DNA of 64,000 bases, taken from NCBI GenBank assembly GCA_963674705.1, contig OY771506.1, forward strand, positions 2,688,001-2,752,000, in the 5' to 3' direction. The notes beneath the pieces are model-generated. The model did not search any database. It was not told where the DNA came from and saw nothing but the letters and a program-made list of their open reading frames with translations. Of this stretch, positions 8,237-18,811 are shown one piece after another (positions within the stretch are counted from its first letter, which is position 1; each line of letters starts with the position of its first letter). This stretch comes from Phycisphaeraceae bacterium. Its GTDB lineage: Bacteria; Planctomycetota; Phycisphaerae; Phycisphaerales; Phycisphaeraceae. A program made the translations under genes and the position numbers.

Positions 8237-8251
8237 ATCGAAGTACTATCG

Positions 8252-8845
8252 TCAAGCCTGTTCATAGACGTGCTGTTTGAGTGTAACGATGTCGGGCAGG
8301 TTGCGGTAGTAGTCGTTGAAGTCCAGGCCGTAGCCCACGACAAATTCATCGGGGATGTCGAAGGCGACATAATCCACATCGAAGCTCATGGCCGACGGGA
8401 TCTTTTTACGCAATAAGACGCAGGTCCGGAGGCTGATCGGATTACGTTGTTCGATGGTCTGCTTGACCAAACGCAGGGTATTCCCGGAATCCAGAATGTC
8501 ATCGACGATCAGCACGTGGTTGGAGCTGAGGTCCTCTGGCAGCTTGGTCAGGGCGGCCTCGATACTGGCGCCTTTGCTGCTGGTGGCAGTGCCGGGGTAG
8601 CTGGTGACGCTCATCACGCGGATCTGCATGGGCAGCGGCAGCCTGCGGATCAGGTCGGCCAGGAAGATGATGCTGCCGGTGAGGATGGGTACGAGGGTGA
8701 TCTCGCCGGGGCTTCCCGAGCTGTTTTTACCCGATTCTGACTCGGTTTCGGCCTGAAGATCGGCGGCGACCTTCTTGGCAAGCTCGTCCAGCCGGCGGCT
8801 GATGGTATCTCGGTCGATCAGGATGTGGTCGATGTCGTCTTGCAT
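8252..8845 (-). CDS. hpt: hypoxanthine phosphoribosyltransferase
   Basis: LIVDDILDSGNTL PRPP motif; FVVGYGLD..YRNLP. Confidence 0.93.
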   Translation of the reverse strand: MQDDIDHILIDRDTISRRLDELAKKVAADLQAETESESGKNSSGSPGEITLVPILTGSIIFLADLIRRLPLPMQIRVMSVTSYPGTATSSKGASIEAALTKLPEDLSSNHVLIVDDILDSGNTLRLVKQTIEQRNPISLRTCVLLRKKIPSAMSFDVDYVAFDIPDEFVVGYGLDFNDYYRNLPDIVTLKQHVYEQA

Positions 8846-8936
8846 GGGCCTAGTGTAACAGGACAGCCCATTTCAGGTTAACGCTTGACCCGGGCCGGAG
8901 CTGGGGCGACAATAACCTTTTACCTGACCCGTATGT

Positions 8937-10928
8937 ATGACCGGCAGGAGTAATATGAAGCATCATCAACGTAACGGCGTCCGACCGTCCCGATCAGGCG
9001 GCCGGCGATGGGTTGTTCGATGGCGTGGGGCGGTTTATAGCGCTCTAGCCTTGGCTGTGTTATCGCTGGCGCTGATGCCGGGGATGGTGGGCTGCGATAC
9101 GAACAAGCCGCGCACCCGCGCGCCCGGTGTCGCCCCGATGCCGACCTACACGGGCCCGGCCTACCTGCGGGGAACGATCGGGTCGCTGACACGGCTGCGC
9201 CCGGGTACCGAGCAGCCCATGCTGGTCAACGGCTACGGGATCGTGGTCAACCTCAACGGCACGGGATCAACGACCGCACCCCCGGCCCTGCGGCAGGCCT
9301 TGATCAACCAGATGAAGAAGTACGGCCTGGGCAGTGCTAATCTCAAGACATTAGATATGACACCCGAGCGTGTGCTGGCCGATCCGAATACAGCGGTCGT
9401 CCGCATTGATGGGTTGGTTCGGCCCGGAGCTTTGCCGGGACAGCGTTTTGATGTGCTGGTCAGCGCGATCGATTCGCAGACGACCAGCCTCGATGGCGGC
9501 ACGCTCTGGACATCCACGCTCGCGGTCGGCGGGGCGCAGCAGGCATTTAAGTATTTGCGGGAGCAGGCCACGGCGTATGGCCCGATCTATGACAACCCAT
9601 ATCGCGATGAGACGAACTCCGATGGGTCGCAGGAATTCGGCCGGGAACAGGCGATTGTCGTGGCGGGCGGCACGGTAACTGCTGCCCGTGACCTGGAACT
9701 GGTGTTGAATCAGTCCAGTTACACACGCTGCCGAGCCATCGCGGACCGTATCAACGAGCGTTTCGGCAAGACGACGGACGCCAAACCCTTGGCGCATCCA
9801 GTAACTGACCAGCTCATCGAGATCAATGTTCCGCCGCGATACGCTGATGATCCGGGCCAACTGATAGAGTTGATTATGCACCTCTATTTGCAGACCGGGC
9901 CGGGGTTTGAGGAACAGCAGGCGACCCGTCTAGCGGAGATATTGCGTACTGATCCGGAAACAGAGCGATCGGTTCGTCTGGCGTGGCAATCGCTTGGCAG
10001 GCCGACCGTGCAGGTGCTTCGGCAGTATTACAACGATCCTGATATGCACGTCCGATTAGCGGCTTTAGAGGCCGGGGCGTGGCTGGATGATGAACGTGCC
10101 AGCGAGTCGCTATCTGAGCTGGCGGAGAATCCTGATCCTGCTTTGCGCATCCGAGCAGCCAGGGCGTTGGTGAGTCTGCCTCGGTCCATCAAGGGATCCC
10201 GGGCGCTCAAGTCGCTTCTGGATGATGAAGAAACTGCTGTACGCATCGCGGCTTATGAGTCATTATCAAGCATCAACGACGGGGTTATCAGCGAGGGGCG
10301 GGTTTTTGTGACGGATGAGCTGGGTAATGACCTGAAGTACATCATTGACGCGGTGCCCTCGGAACGGCCGCTGGTTTATATCACGCAGGTCGGTGTGCCG
10401 CGTATCGTGATCTTCAAACCCGATCTGGGGTTCAAGACGCCGCTACTTACGCATATGTGGGATCACCGGCTGATGCTGACAATGGACCCGGGCCAGAACT
10501 ATTTGAATCTCTTCTACCAGCCGGCATTCAAGACGAACCCGGATGCACCGTCATCGATCAAGCTCAAGACCATGCCGGACCTGAAAACCCTGGTCTACGT
10601 GCTGGGTCACAAGCCTACGATCGAGCAGCCCAATGAAGGGCTGGACCTGACCTACAGCCAGGTGGTGAATGTGGTTTACCAGCTATGTCAGCAGGGGGAT
10701 GTCGAAGCCCCGATCGAGGTGGTGGTCAGCCCGTTGGCGAAGCAGGTCACTGATTTTGAAAAGGCCGATACCGTGCCTGATCGCCTAGAAACACGGCCGG
10801 AAACGTCGGGACCTGATGATGTGAGTCAGACAGACCCCGGGGCGTCCCCCGGAGTGGCTCCGGTGCCGACATCCCGGCCTGACACAACTTATCCATCCAC
10901 CGATACACAAACGACTTCCAGTCGCTAA
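8937..10928 (+). CDS. FlgI (flagellar P-ring)-like lipoprotein fused to HEAT repeats
   Basis: Lipobox MVGC; GYGIVVNLNGTG, NTAVVRI, GQRFDVLVSA, TSLDGGTL FlgI motifs; HEAT-like VRLAAL / VRIAAY repeats; start uncertain. Confidence 0.75.
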   Translation: MTGRSNMKHHQRNGVRPSRSGGRRWVVRWRGAVYSALALAVLSLALMPGMVGCDTNKPRTRAPGVAPMPTYTGPAYLRGTIGSLTRLRPGTEQPMLVNGYGIVVNLNGTGSTTAPPALRQALINQMKKYGLGSANLKTLDMTPERVLADPNTAVVRIDGLVRPGALPGQRFDVLVSAIDSQTTSLDGGTLWTSTLAVGGAQQAFKYLREQATAYGPIYDNPYRDETNSDGSQEFGREQAIVVAGGTVTAARDLELVLNQSSYTRCRAIADRINERFGKTTDAKPLAHPVTDQLIEINVPPRYADDPGQLIELIMHLYLQTGPGFEEQQATRLAEILRTDPETERSVRLAWQSLGRPTVQVLRQYYNDPDMHVRLAALEAGAWLDDERASESLSELAENPDPALRIRAARALVSLPRSIKGSRALKSLLDDEETAVRIAAYESLSSINDGVISEGRVFVTDELGNDLKYIIDAVPSERPLVYITQVGVPRIVIFKPDLGFKTPLLTHMWDHRLMLTMDPGQNYLNLFYQPAFKTNPDAPSSIKLKTMPDLKTLVYVLGHKPTIEQPNEGLDLTYSQVVNVVYQLCQQGDVEAPIEVVVSPLAKQVTDFEKADTVPDRLETRPETSGPDDVSQTDPGASPGVAPVPTSRPDTTYPSTDTQTTSSR

Positions 10929-11071
10929 ACTAGAGGACCCCGTTTCATGGTGTTGACGAAGGGGAGCAACATTGCCCGTGCTAGTTTGGGCGGGCCCACG
11001 GAGTCCGAGCCTTTTGGAGTAGGGCGGGTCCGGTGGTCGATGTATTTAGAGTCGACATGGAGGTCGATCGT

Positions 11072-14000
11072 ATGCGCTTAGCTAAGGTAACCCTGGCGGG
11101 TTTCAAATCTTTCGCCGACAAGACCGAGATCAAGTTCGATGCCCCTGTGGTGGGGATCGTCGGACCGAACGGTTGCGGTAAATCCAATATCGTTGATGCG
11201 ATCAAGTGGGTGCTCGGTGAGCAGTCCGCCAAGAGCCTGCGCGGTGGGGCGATGATGGACGTGATCTTCAACGGTTCGTCCAACCGTAAGCCTTCCGGCA
11301 TGGCGTCGGTTACCCTCAGTTTTGAGAATAAAATCCGCGAAGACGGCACGCGGCACCTGGCGATGGACCAGGACGATGTGTCCGTCACCCGCCAGCTTTA
11401 TCGCGACGGCACCAGTGAGTATCTGGTCAACGGTCAGCGTGTCCGGCTCAGGGACATCCGCGAACTGTTCATGGATACCGGCGTCGGCACCGATGCGTAC
11501 TCGGTGATCGAGCAGGGCAAGGTCGATGTGCTGCTGCAGTCCAATCCGGTGGAACGCCGGGCTATCTTCGAGGAGGCCGCCGGGATCAGCCGGTTCAAGG
11601 CCCGGAAGAAAGAAGCGATCCGCAAACTCGAACGCACCGAGCGGAACCTGGAACTGGTCCGCCAGCGTTTGGAAGATACCGAACGGCGTTTGCGCAGCGT
11701 GAAGATGCAGGCGGCCCGTGCACGTTCTTACCAGGAACACACGGCACGGCTGCGTGAATTGCAGTTGAGCTATGCACTTGCTGAGTACCACAAGCTGCGG
11801 ACGGAGCTGCAAGGGTTAGCCGATCTGCTGGAGCAGGCCGAGGCCGATCGGGCGCAGACCGCGCGTCACTTACATGAACGCGAGCAGGGCGTAGCCGATG
11901 CGGAACTGGAACTGCAATCCATCCAGGGCCGGCTCAAGCACCTTGATCACGATCGGCTCGAACAGCAATCGCTCAAGGATCAGGCGCAGCAGCGTATCAA
12001 CTACGCCCGCAGCAGTCTGGAAGAAGCACAACGACAGGCGAAGCGCGACACCGATCGTCTGGCTGAGCTTACCGAAAACCGTCAGCAGCTTGAAAACGAT
12101 CTGCATGAGCAGAACGAACTGGCGGAGAGTCTCGAACAACAGCAGGGCGATTGCCAAAGACGCCTGGAAGAAACGCAGCGTGCACACCGCGAACTGCAGC
12201 ACGAACTGAACGAGAAGCGTTCCCGGCTGGAAGACGACAAGGCGGGCATCATCAACCTGATGCGCCGCACCTCGCAGCTTCACAACGAAATCAACGCGCT
12301 GGATGCGTTTGAAAACAGCCTTGTTTCGACACGTGACAAGCTCAATCAGCGGGCGGACAGCGTTGCGGAGCAACTGGAAGAATTGCTCAGCTCTCGCGAC
12401 AAAGCCTCTGCCAAGCACGAAGAGGTCAAAGAGCTGCTCGCTGCTGAAACTGCCCAGCTTGATCAGCAGAAACAGCTTGCTGAAAAGTTCGATACCGAGC
12501 AACGCGACCTGACCCGGCGTCTGGGCGATGCCAAGGAAAAACGATCCGGTCTTGAATCACGCCGCTCACTCTTGCAGGAAATGCAGGATAAGCAGGAAGG
12601 CGTTGCAGACCCGGTCAAGGCAGTGCTCGCCCGAGCCGCTTCTCACGATGGTGAAGAACACAATACCTTCGGCTTTGTCCGTGGTTTGTTGGCCGAGCTA
12701 CTTGATACCGATGTCGAACAGGCGGCGATTATCGAAGCGGCGTTGGGTGACTATCAGCAAGCCCTGGTGGTCAACAAGCTTTCGGATGTCTGCTCGGACA
12801 ACGGCGGGAAAACCGCGATCGAATCACTCGCGGGCCGCGTGACGTTTGTCGCACTCGATAAGCCGCCGCTACCGGCTAACGTGGGCAGTGAATTGCGAAA
12901 GGTCGGCGATGGCAAGTTCGTCAAGCTGACTGCCGCGATCGATCTGGTGCGCTATCCCGACTGGGTGGGGCCGGTTGTCTGGCGTCTGCTGGGTCGGACC
13001 TACGTGGTGGGCAACCTGACTGAAGCGCATTCCCTGCGATCGCAGATGCCTGATGGATGCCGGTTTGTCACGGAGAACGGCGAACTGCTGGAAGACGACG
13101 GCCGCGTGCTGGCGGGCCCGCTTAATGGTGCTGCCGGCGGTCTTATCAGCCGACGTAGCGAGTTGGCGATGCTGCAGGTGCAAATCGCTGAACTCGATAA
13201 GACGATTCATTCGGATTCACAGATGCTCTCGGAGTTGTGCGACCAGGCAGCCCACGCCGAGCGTGTGTGTGATGAACTGCGTCAGTCGATCCTGGAAGCC
13301 AAGTCGATGTCTGCCGAGCTTGGCAGTAAGGTGGAATCGCTCGGTTCGCAGATCGCGAACCTTGAGCGTGAACAACCCGTGCTCGCTGCGGAAACCGAAC
13401 AGGTCCATCGTCAGCTCAAGGAAGCGGACGAGAAGCGCAGTGGGCATCAGAGTGAAGCCGATCGGCTTGAGCAGGATTCGGCCGAGCGTCAGCAGCGAGT
13501 GGAAGATGCGCAGGTCGAGATCGATGAGCTTGCCGGGCGTGTTGAGAACGCCAGTGAAGCAGTGACCGCCGCGCGTATCGATTCGAGCAAGCTCGCAGAG
13601 CAGTTGTCCGCAGCACAGCGGCAGGTCCGACAGATCGAGATCGCCTCGGCGGACGTTGAGCGTCAACGCACGCTGCTGGAGGATCAACTCGCAGGTTACC
13701 GCGAGCGTATCGCCGGCTTCGAGGCCACCCAGGCCGAAGCCGAGCAGCAGGCCAAGGATGCGGACCACAAGCTCAACGAACTGATCACACAATGCGAACT
13801 GGCGCAGCGTAAGGCCGACCAGGCCGAGACGGCGCTTGGTGAATTGAAGAAGTCGGTGCAAGCGTATCGGGCCGAGGTCGAGCAGGCGGACAATGCCTTG
13901 CATAAGTTGCAGGTCCATCAGCGTGAACTCGAAGTCAAGATGGACAGTGTGCGTCAGCGAGGCCACGAACAACTCGATCTGGACGTGACCGAAGCATACG

Positions 14001-15133
14001 AACGAGCGCTACAGGGCATTTCTGTTGACGAGGAAGAACCGACCGATGCGAATGCCGGCGGTGATGAAGAAGATCAAGCCGACCTGCGAGCGCTGGATGG
14101 CGATGAAACCGTAGCGGAAACGGATGAACAGGCGGAAGAGGAAACCGCCGACCCGTTCGACATCGACTGGCCGGCGGTTGAATCCGAGATCACTGATCTG
14201 CGTGGCAAGATCGCACGCCTGGGTACGGTGAACATCGACGCCATCGCCGAGCAGGATCAACTGGAAGGCCGTCAGGACCAGCTTGCCGACGAGGTCAACG
14301 ACATCGCGCAGGCCAAGCACGATCTGGAGCAACTGATCCAGCAGATCAACGAGGATTCACGTAAGCGTTTCGAGTTGACCTTCGAGACAATCAAGAAAAA
14401 CTTTGCCGGGCAAGACGGCCTGTTCCGCAAGCTTTTCGGCGGCGGACGTGCCGACTTGTTCCTGCAGCCGGATGAAGAAGGTAACGTGGATGTGCTTGAA
14501 TCCGGTATCGAAATCCGTGCCAAGCCCCCCGGCAAGGAGCCGTGCTCGATCAGTCAGCTTTCCGGTGGTGAAAAGACGATGACCGCGGTCGCGCTATTGA
14601 TGGCGATCTTCAAGACGCGGCCCTCGCCGTACTGTCTGCTGGACGAAGTCGATGCGGCGCTGGACGAGGCGAACGTCGAACGCTTCACGCAGGTGATCCT
14701 AAGCTTCCTGGACCTATCGCACTTCATCGTGATCACGCACCACAAGCGCACGATGCAGGTCTGCGACATCCTCTACGGCGTCACGCAACAGGAACGCGGC
14801 GTGTCCAAGCGCGTGGCGGTCCGGTTCGATCAGGTCGCCTCCGACGGCCGGATCTCCGATGATGCGGTGCGCGAGCAGGAAGAGCAAGACCAACTGCAAG
14901 CCGAGATCGAACCCGAACCTGAGCCGGAAGTGGATGAGGCGCAGCCACAGATCATCGAGCCGGTTGAAGAAGCAATGGAAGAGCTTGAGCCGGTTGGTGT
15001 GGCCGCTGAATCCGGATCGAACGGCAACGGTAACGGCAGCAACGGCAACGGGCATCTGGAAAAGATGACCAAGCGTGAGCAGCTTGCATCGATGCTCTCC
15101 GAGCGCGAGCCCGTTGAGGTAGAAGCTAATTGA
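11072..15133 (+). CDS. smc: chromosome segregation protein SMC
   Basis: GFKSF, Walker [10 protein letters not shown], coiled coils, hinge, LSGGEK signature, [17 protein letters not shown] before ATG 11072. Confidence 0.96.
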   Translation: MRLAKVTLAGFKSFADKTEIKFDAPVVGIVGPNGCGKSNIVDAIKWVLGEQSAKSLRGGAMMDVIFNGSSNRKPSGMASVTLSFENKIREDGTRHLAMDQDDVSVTRQLYRDGTSEYLVNGQRVRLRDIRELFMDTGVGTDAYSVIEQGKVDVLLQSNPVERRAIFEEAAGISRFKARKKEAIRKLERTERNLELVRQRLEDTERRLRSVKMQAARARSYQEHTARLRELQLSYALAEYHKLRTELQGLADLLEQAEADRAQTARHLHEREQGVADAELELQSIQGRLKHLDHDRLEQQSLKDQAQQRINYARSSLEEAQRQAKRDTDRLAELTENRQQLENDLHEQNELAESLEQQQGDCQRRLEETQRAHRELQHELNEKRSRLEDDKAGIINLMRRTSQLHNEINALDAFENSLVSTRDKLNQRADSVAEQLEELLSSRDKASAKHEEVKELLAAETAQLDQQKQLAEKFDTEQRDLTRRLGDAKEKRSGLESRRSLLQEMQDKQEGVADPVKAVLARAASHDGEEHNTFGFVRGLLAELLDTDVEQAAIIEAALGDYQQALVVNKLSDVCSDNGGKTAIESLAGRVTFVALDKPPLPANVGSELRKVGDGKFVKLTAAIDLVRYPDWVGPVVWRLLGRTYVVGNLTEAHSLRSQMPDGCRFVTENGELLEDDGRVLAGPLNGAAGGLISRRSELAMLQVQIAELDKTIHSDSQMLSELCDQAAHAERVCDELRQSILEAKSMSAELGSKVESLGSQIANLEREQPVLAAETEQVHRQLKEADEKRSGHQSEADRLEQDSAERQQRVEDAQVEIDELAGRVENASEAVTAARIDSSKLAEQLSAAQRQVRQIEIASADVERQRTLLEDQLAGYRERIAGFEATQAEAEQQAKDADHKLNELITQCELAQRKADQAETALGELKKSVQAYRAEVEQADNALHKLQVHQRELEVKMDSVRQRGHEQLDLDVTEAYERALQGISVDEEEPTDANAGGDEEDQADLRALDGDETVAETDEQAEEETADPFDIDWPAVESEITDLRGKIARLGTVNIDAIAEQDQLEGRQDQLADEVNDIAQAKHDLEQLIQQINEDSRKRFELTFETIKKNFAGQDGLFRKLFGGGRADLFLQPDEEGNVDVLESGIEIRAKPPGKEPCSISQLSGGEKTMTAVALLMAIFKTRPSPYCLLDEVDAALDEANVERFTQVILSFLDLSHFIVITHHKRTMQVCDILYGVTQQERGVSKRVAVRFDQVASDGRISDDAVREQEEQDQLQAEIEPEPEPEVDEAQPQIIEPVEEAMEELEPVGVAAESGSNGNGNGSNGNGHLEKMTKREQLASMLSEREPVEVEAN

Positions 15134-15140
15134 TACGCCA

Positions 15141-15935
15141 TTGAACGTCATCCACGTAGCCGATGTTGATGATCCACAGTTGCGGCCATACACCGCGCTG
15201 AAAGATCGGCAACTGGCTTCGGAGATGGGGCTATTCATTTGCGAAGGCGAGCATAATGTCCGTCGCCTGCTTGCGTCGACTATGCAAACACATTCGATCT
15301 TGATCGCAGAGCACAGGCTAGCCGAACTGGCGGATGCGATACCTTGTGATGGCCCGGTTTATGTCGTGGATAACCCGATGTTGTCGAGCATCGTCGGGTT
15401 CGAGTTTCACATGGGCGTGTTAGCCTGCGGCGTCCGGCCGGTTGATCGACCCCTGGCATCTTTGTTGCCGGCACAAATGTTGATTGTGTTGCCTGAGGTA
15501 AGGATTGCTGAGAATCTTGGATTGTTGATCCGGGCGGCGCATGCATTGGGTGTTGATGGCATGCTGTTGAGTGATGTCGGTTGTGATCCATTTACACGAC
15601 GGGTGATACGTGTGTCGATGGGCTCCGTGTTCAGCCTGCCGATCGTTCGGTCTGATAAGCTCGAAGATGATCTGCAATGCCTGCGGGAGTCACATGGTTT
15701 TTCGCTTCTGGCCTCGGTTTCGGATGCAGACGCGATTGCTATTCATGACTATGCAAGGCCAAGCGGTGGGGTGGCTGTATTATTCGGAAACGAGCCGGAG
15801 GGTCTGGATAACCGTTGGGTGAAGCTGTGCGATCAGCGCGTGACGATCCCGATGGTTGAGGGTGTTGATTCCTTGAATCTGGCCATCGCGGCGGGGATCG
15901 TGATGCATCGATTGGTGAGTCAGAACGACCGGTAA
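15141..15935 (+). CDS. TrmH/SpoU family RNA methyltransferase
   Basis: ENLGLLIRAAHALG, RVSMGS, FGNEPEGL, IPM..DSLNLAIA. Confidence 0.9.
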   Translation: MNVIHVADVDDPQLRPYTALKDRQLASEMGLFICEGEHNVRRLLASTMQTHSILIAEHRLAELADAIPCDGPVYVVDNPMLSSIVGFEFHMGVLACGVRPVDRPLASLLPAQMLIVLPEVRIAENLGLLIRAAHALGVDGMLLSDVGCDPFTRRVIRVSMGSVFSLPIVRSDKLEDDLQCLRESHGFSLLASVSDADAIAIHDYARPSGGVAVLFGNEPEGLDNRWVKLCDQRVTIPMVEGVDSLNLAIAAGIVMHRLVSQNDR

Positions 15936-16011
15936 TCTTTGCTTATTTAACTGGCCCTTGAATTATGTCGATCCTGCGGGTTGTAAGGGTTACTAACACA
16001 AGGGGCCGGTT

Positions 16012-16353
16012 ATGGAAACGCAACCCAGGTGGAACGGGGAAGAACGACGGGCCACACCGCGTGTCGCCGGTCAAGGTGAACTGAAAGCGGCGGTGCTTGA
16101 TGCACATGGTCAGGCACGCAAGGTGCTTGAACAGGCTCAGGTCGTCAACGTCAGCGGCGGCGGTATCGCCTTTACCTCGACCGAAGCTTGCGAGATCGGT
16201 GATCAGGTCAACATCACCACCATGAGTAATAAGTACGCCAAGCCTTTCAGTGTCCGCATCGTCGGCGCGAACCGTCGCGGCGACGGCCGCAGCGAACTGC
16301 GTGGGCAATTGGTTGAAGGTTCCGTCCCGGCGTGCCTGATGTACGGGTGGTAA
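16012..16353 (+). CDS. PilZ-domain protein (putative c-di-GMP receptor)
   Basis: ERRATPR (RxxxR) and NVSGGG (D/NxSxxG) motifs. Confidence 0.8.
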   Translation: METQPRWNGEERRATPRVAGQGELKAAVLDAHGQARKVLEQAQVVNVSGGGIAFTSTEACEIGDQVNITTMSNKYAKPFSVRIVGANRRGDGRSELRGQLVEGSVPACLMYGW

Positions 16354-16403
16354 TCGCTCGTAATCTTGCGTACAGATTCAGAACGAAGAAGACGCGCACT
16401 GTA

Positions 16404-17552
16404 TCAGTGCGCGTTTTTTACGTCGTATTCGTTGATGCGATCGATCATCATGCGCAACCGGCCGTAGGCTCGCTTGGCGAAGACGAAACGCAACCGTGGT
16501 AAATCACGGTACCGACGTTCCTGTTCTAACGGGCCGGACTGTTCGATGCGGCCTTCCTTGACTAGATCAGCAAATTCTTCGTTCAACGCTTCGACTTGTT
16601 CATCACGCAGGGGCCTGCGCATGCGGAAGACGAGGATGTCGTTGACGAACCGCTGGGAGTGGTAGTTGCGGTAGAAGTCCAGCACGTGTTGAACCGCCTG
16701 CAGGGGATCGTCATACACGCGGTATAGTGAAAGGTCTTCTTCGCTGATGAGACCTGAAGCAAGCAGCTCCTCACGGACGTATTGGTCCCAACGCTTCCAG
16801 TAGGTTCTACCGGGTGCATCGACCATCACGATCGGGATCGTGGGGGCTTTGCCTGTCTGGACCAGGGTCAAGGCTTCGAAGCCTTCATCTTGTGTGCCGA
16901 AGCCGCCTGCGAAGAGAGCGATGGCCTTGGACTGCCACATGAACATCAGCTTGCGCGTAAAGAAGTAGCGGAAGTTGATGAGTTTGGGGTCGCCGACGAT
17001 GTGCTCGTTGGCGTTGGTTTCAAAGGGCAGTCGGATGGAAACGCCGAAAGACGCCTCGCGGCCTGCGCCGCCGTTGCCTGCCGCCATGATCCCGCCACCG
17101 GCGCCGGTGATGACCATCCAGCCGCTTTCAGCCATCAGCTTGCCGAAGGTAAGACAGGCTTTGTAAGTCGGGTCGTGTTCGGGTGTGCGAGCGGAGCCGA
17201 AGATCGCGATCTTGGGGATTTCCTGGTACTCTCGGAATACCTTCATCGCGTAGCGCATCTCTTTGAGGCTGCGACTTACCAGTTTAAGTTCGCCACCATC
17301 CGCGCCATCATTCATCAGTTTGGTGGCGGTGTGGATCATTTCACCGATGCGTTTGCCTTCCCAGGAATCGGGATCGCCCCCGGCCTCCCTGATCACATTC
17401 TGCATCGCCTGCACCAGGCCCGGATTGGCGGGTTGTATGTTAGTTCTTCCATTTCCCCGATCGTTGGTATTCAATGTGTCCGTCTGTCTATCCGTGTCGT
17501 TCGTCTGCTTCATCATCCTCTTTCTGTCTGTCAGTTCATCGTTTTTCATCAA
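16404..17552 (-). CDS. LOG family (TIGR00730-like) nucleotide phosphoribohydrolase
   Basis: IFGSART, ITGAGGGIM, FRYFFTRK, GGFGTQDE; start may lie downstream. Confidence 0.88.
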   Translation of the reverse strand: MMKNDELTDRKRMMKQTNDTDRQTDTLNTNDRGNGRTNIQPANPGLVQAMQNVIREAGGDPDSWEGKRIGEMIHTATKLMNDGADGGELKLVSRSLKEMRYAMKVFREYQEIPKIAIFGSARTPEHDPTYKACLTFGKLMAESGWMVITGAGGGIMAAGNGGAGREASFGVSIRLPFETNANEHIVGDPKLINFRYFFTRKLMFMWQSKAIALFAGGFGTQDEGFEALTLVQTGKAPTIPIVMVDAPGRTYWKRWDQYVREELLASGLISEEDLSLYRVYDDPLQAVQHVLDFYRNYHSQRFVNDILVFRMRRPLRDEQVEALNEEFADLVKEGRIEQSGPLEQERRYRDLPRLRFVFAKRAYGRLRMMIDRINEYDVKNAH

Positions 17553-17717
17553 ATATTGTCAGCCCCGTATTGTAACATGCCCGGCGTTATCACCAAGCAG
17601 AATCCGCAGATTTGCTTGACCACCGATTGGAGCGGCGCAGATAGCAGCAGCGTGCGAAAATACAGCAAACTTCTTGTGCAGAAGTGACTTACCCGCTTTG
17701 CTGGTGTACGAAATAAA

Positions 17718-18224
17718 CTAGAAGTTGCCCGCAACGATCGCTAAAACGATGAAACCGATAAACAGCAGGGCAAGCAGCAGTCCGACGATACCGCAGACCA
17801 TGCCGGCCGTGGCCATGCCGGTGGAGGCACCGCCGGCTTCGCCGCGTTCAACTTGTTTTTTGGCCATGATCGAAAAGACGATCGCCAGCGGGCTGCAGAT
17901 CAATGTGGGGAGCCCATAAAACATACACATGGCAATGGAACAAATACCCAGCACCATCGAAGCCACGGCTTTACCCGAGGTCGGTAGTGTCGGGCTGTGA
18001 AAAGATGGCGCAACCATTCGTCCACACTCAGGACAATGTGATCCGATCGCGACGCCGGTCAGGTTGTAACCACACTGGATGCAAAAGACCGAGGTCGGGC
18101 TGACGCGCGAGGACGTATGTGATGGATGCGGAGCTGGAATCGGTTCTGCCTGGGGTTCATTTGCCAGATCGTATTGCTCATCCGGCATGTCATGGCCTTG
18201 CGGTTCGCGATCAAAGTCATCCAT
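17718..18224 (-). CDS. DUF4190-like membrane protein with double zinc ribbon
   Basis: CIQCGYNLTG..CPECG, then AVASMVLGI..MATAGMVCGIVG. Confidence 0.75.
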   Translation of the reverse strand: MDDFDREPQGHDMPDEQYDLANEPQAEPIPAPHPSHTSSRVSPTSVFCIQCGYNLTGVAIGSHCPECGRMVAPSFHSPTLPTSGKAVASMVLGICSIAMCMFYGLPTLICSPLAIVFSIMAKKQVERGEAGGASTGMATAGMVCGIVGLLLALLFIGFIVLAIVAGNF

Positions 18225-18264
18225 GTCAATTATCCTTCAGCCAAGTCTTGCCGGCATTAAATTC

Positions 18265-18735
18265 CTAGGAGACGGGTTCAAAGCTGATGCCTTGCGATGT
18301 GACGACGGCACAATAGCAATCGATATTGTCGAGGCCGGTCGCTTTTTTGACTGCTTCAGCGGCACGGATGACGTCGGCATCCTGCAAGGGACGCAATTCA
18401 TGGGTTTTGATACCGAGCTTGTGCTGATAGAAGCCGCAATCGTCATGCTGGATCAGGATCACTCGCTCAAGCTGGTGCGCCTGTACCAGGAAGGTTAATT
18501 CATCCAGAACCGCGTTATCGGCAAATGCAGGGTCGTCGTATCCCGCGAGGCGGGCGGGGCCGCCGGGGACAACGATCAGGTCGCAACGGTCGATCCCCAG
18601 GCCGTGACGCAGGAAGTCCGCGCACTGAGCCTCGAAACGCCCATCGCTGCAATAAACCGCCGCGACGCGGACGCCGTGATCCTGATACCTGATAGATGAC
18701 TGAAATGCCGACTGAGATCCATTGAATGTGTCCAT
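18265..18735 (-). CDS. beta-carbonic-anhydrase-like protein
   Basis: CSDGR and HDDCG zinc-ligand motifs. Confidence 0.7.
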   Translation of the reverse strand: MDTFNGSQSAFQSSIRYQDHGVRVAAVYCSDGRFEAQCADFLRHGLGIDRCDLIVVPGGPARLAGYDDPAFADNAVLDELTFLVQAHQLERVILIQHDDCGFYQHKLGIKTHELRPLQDADVIRAAEAVKKATGLDNIDCYCAVVTSQGISFEPVS

Positions 18736-18811
18736 GGCTTTGATTGTAGCGAATGTTTTACGCCGGTAATAGTGGGTTGCTGGGCTTCATAGACACGATT
18801 GATACAGGTAA

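Noticed and set aside
16782..17687. 301-aa plus-strand ORF, and similar long antisense ORFs (25743-26489, 43365-44207, 56252-57115, 60867-61520)
   Set aside because: Shadow frames overlapping well-supported genes in GC-rich DNA; no motifs
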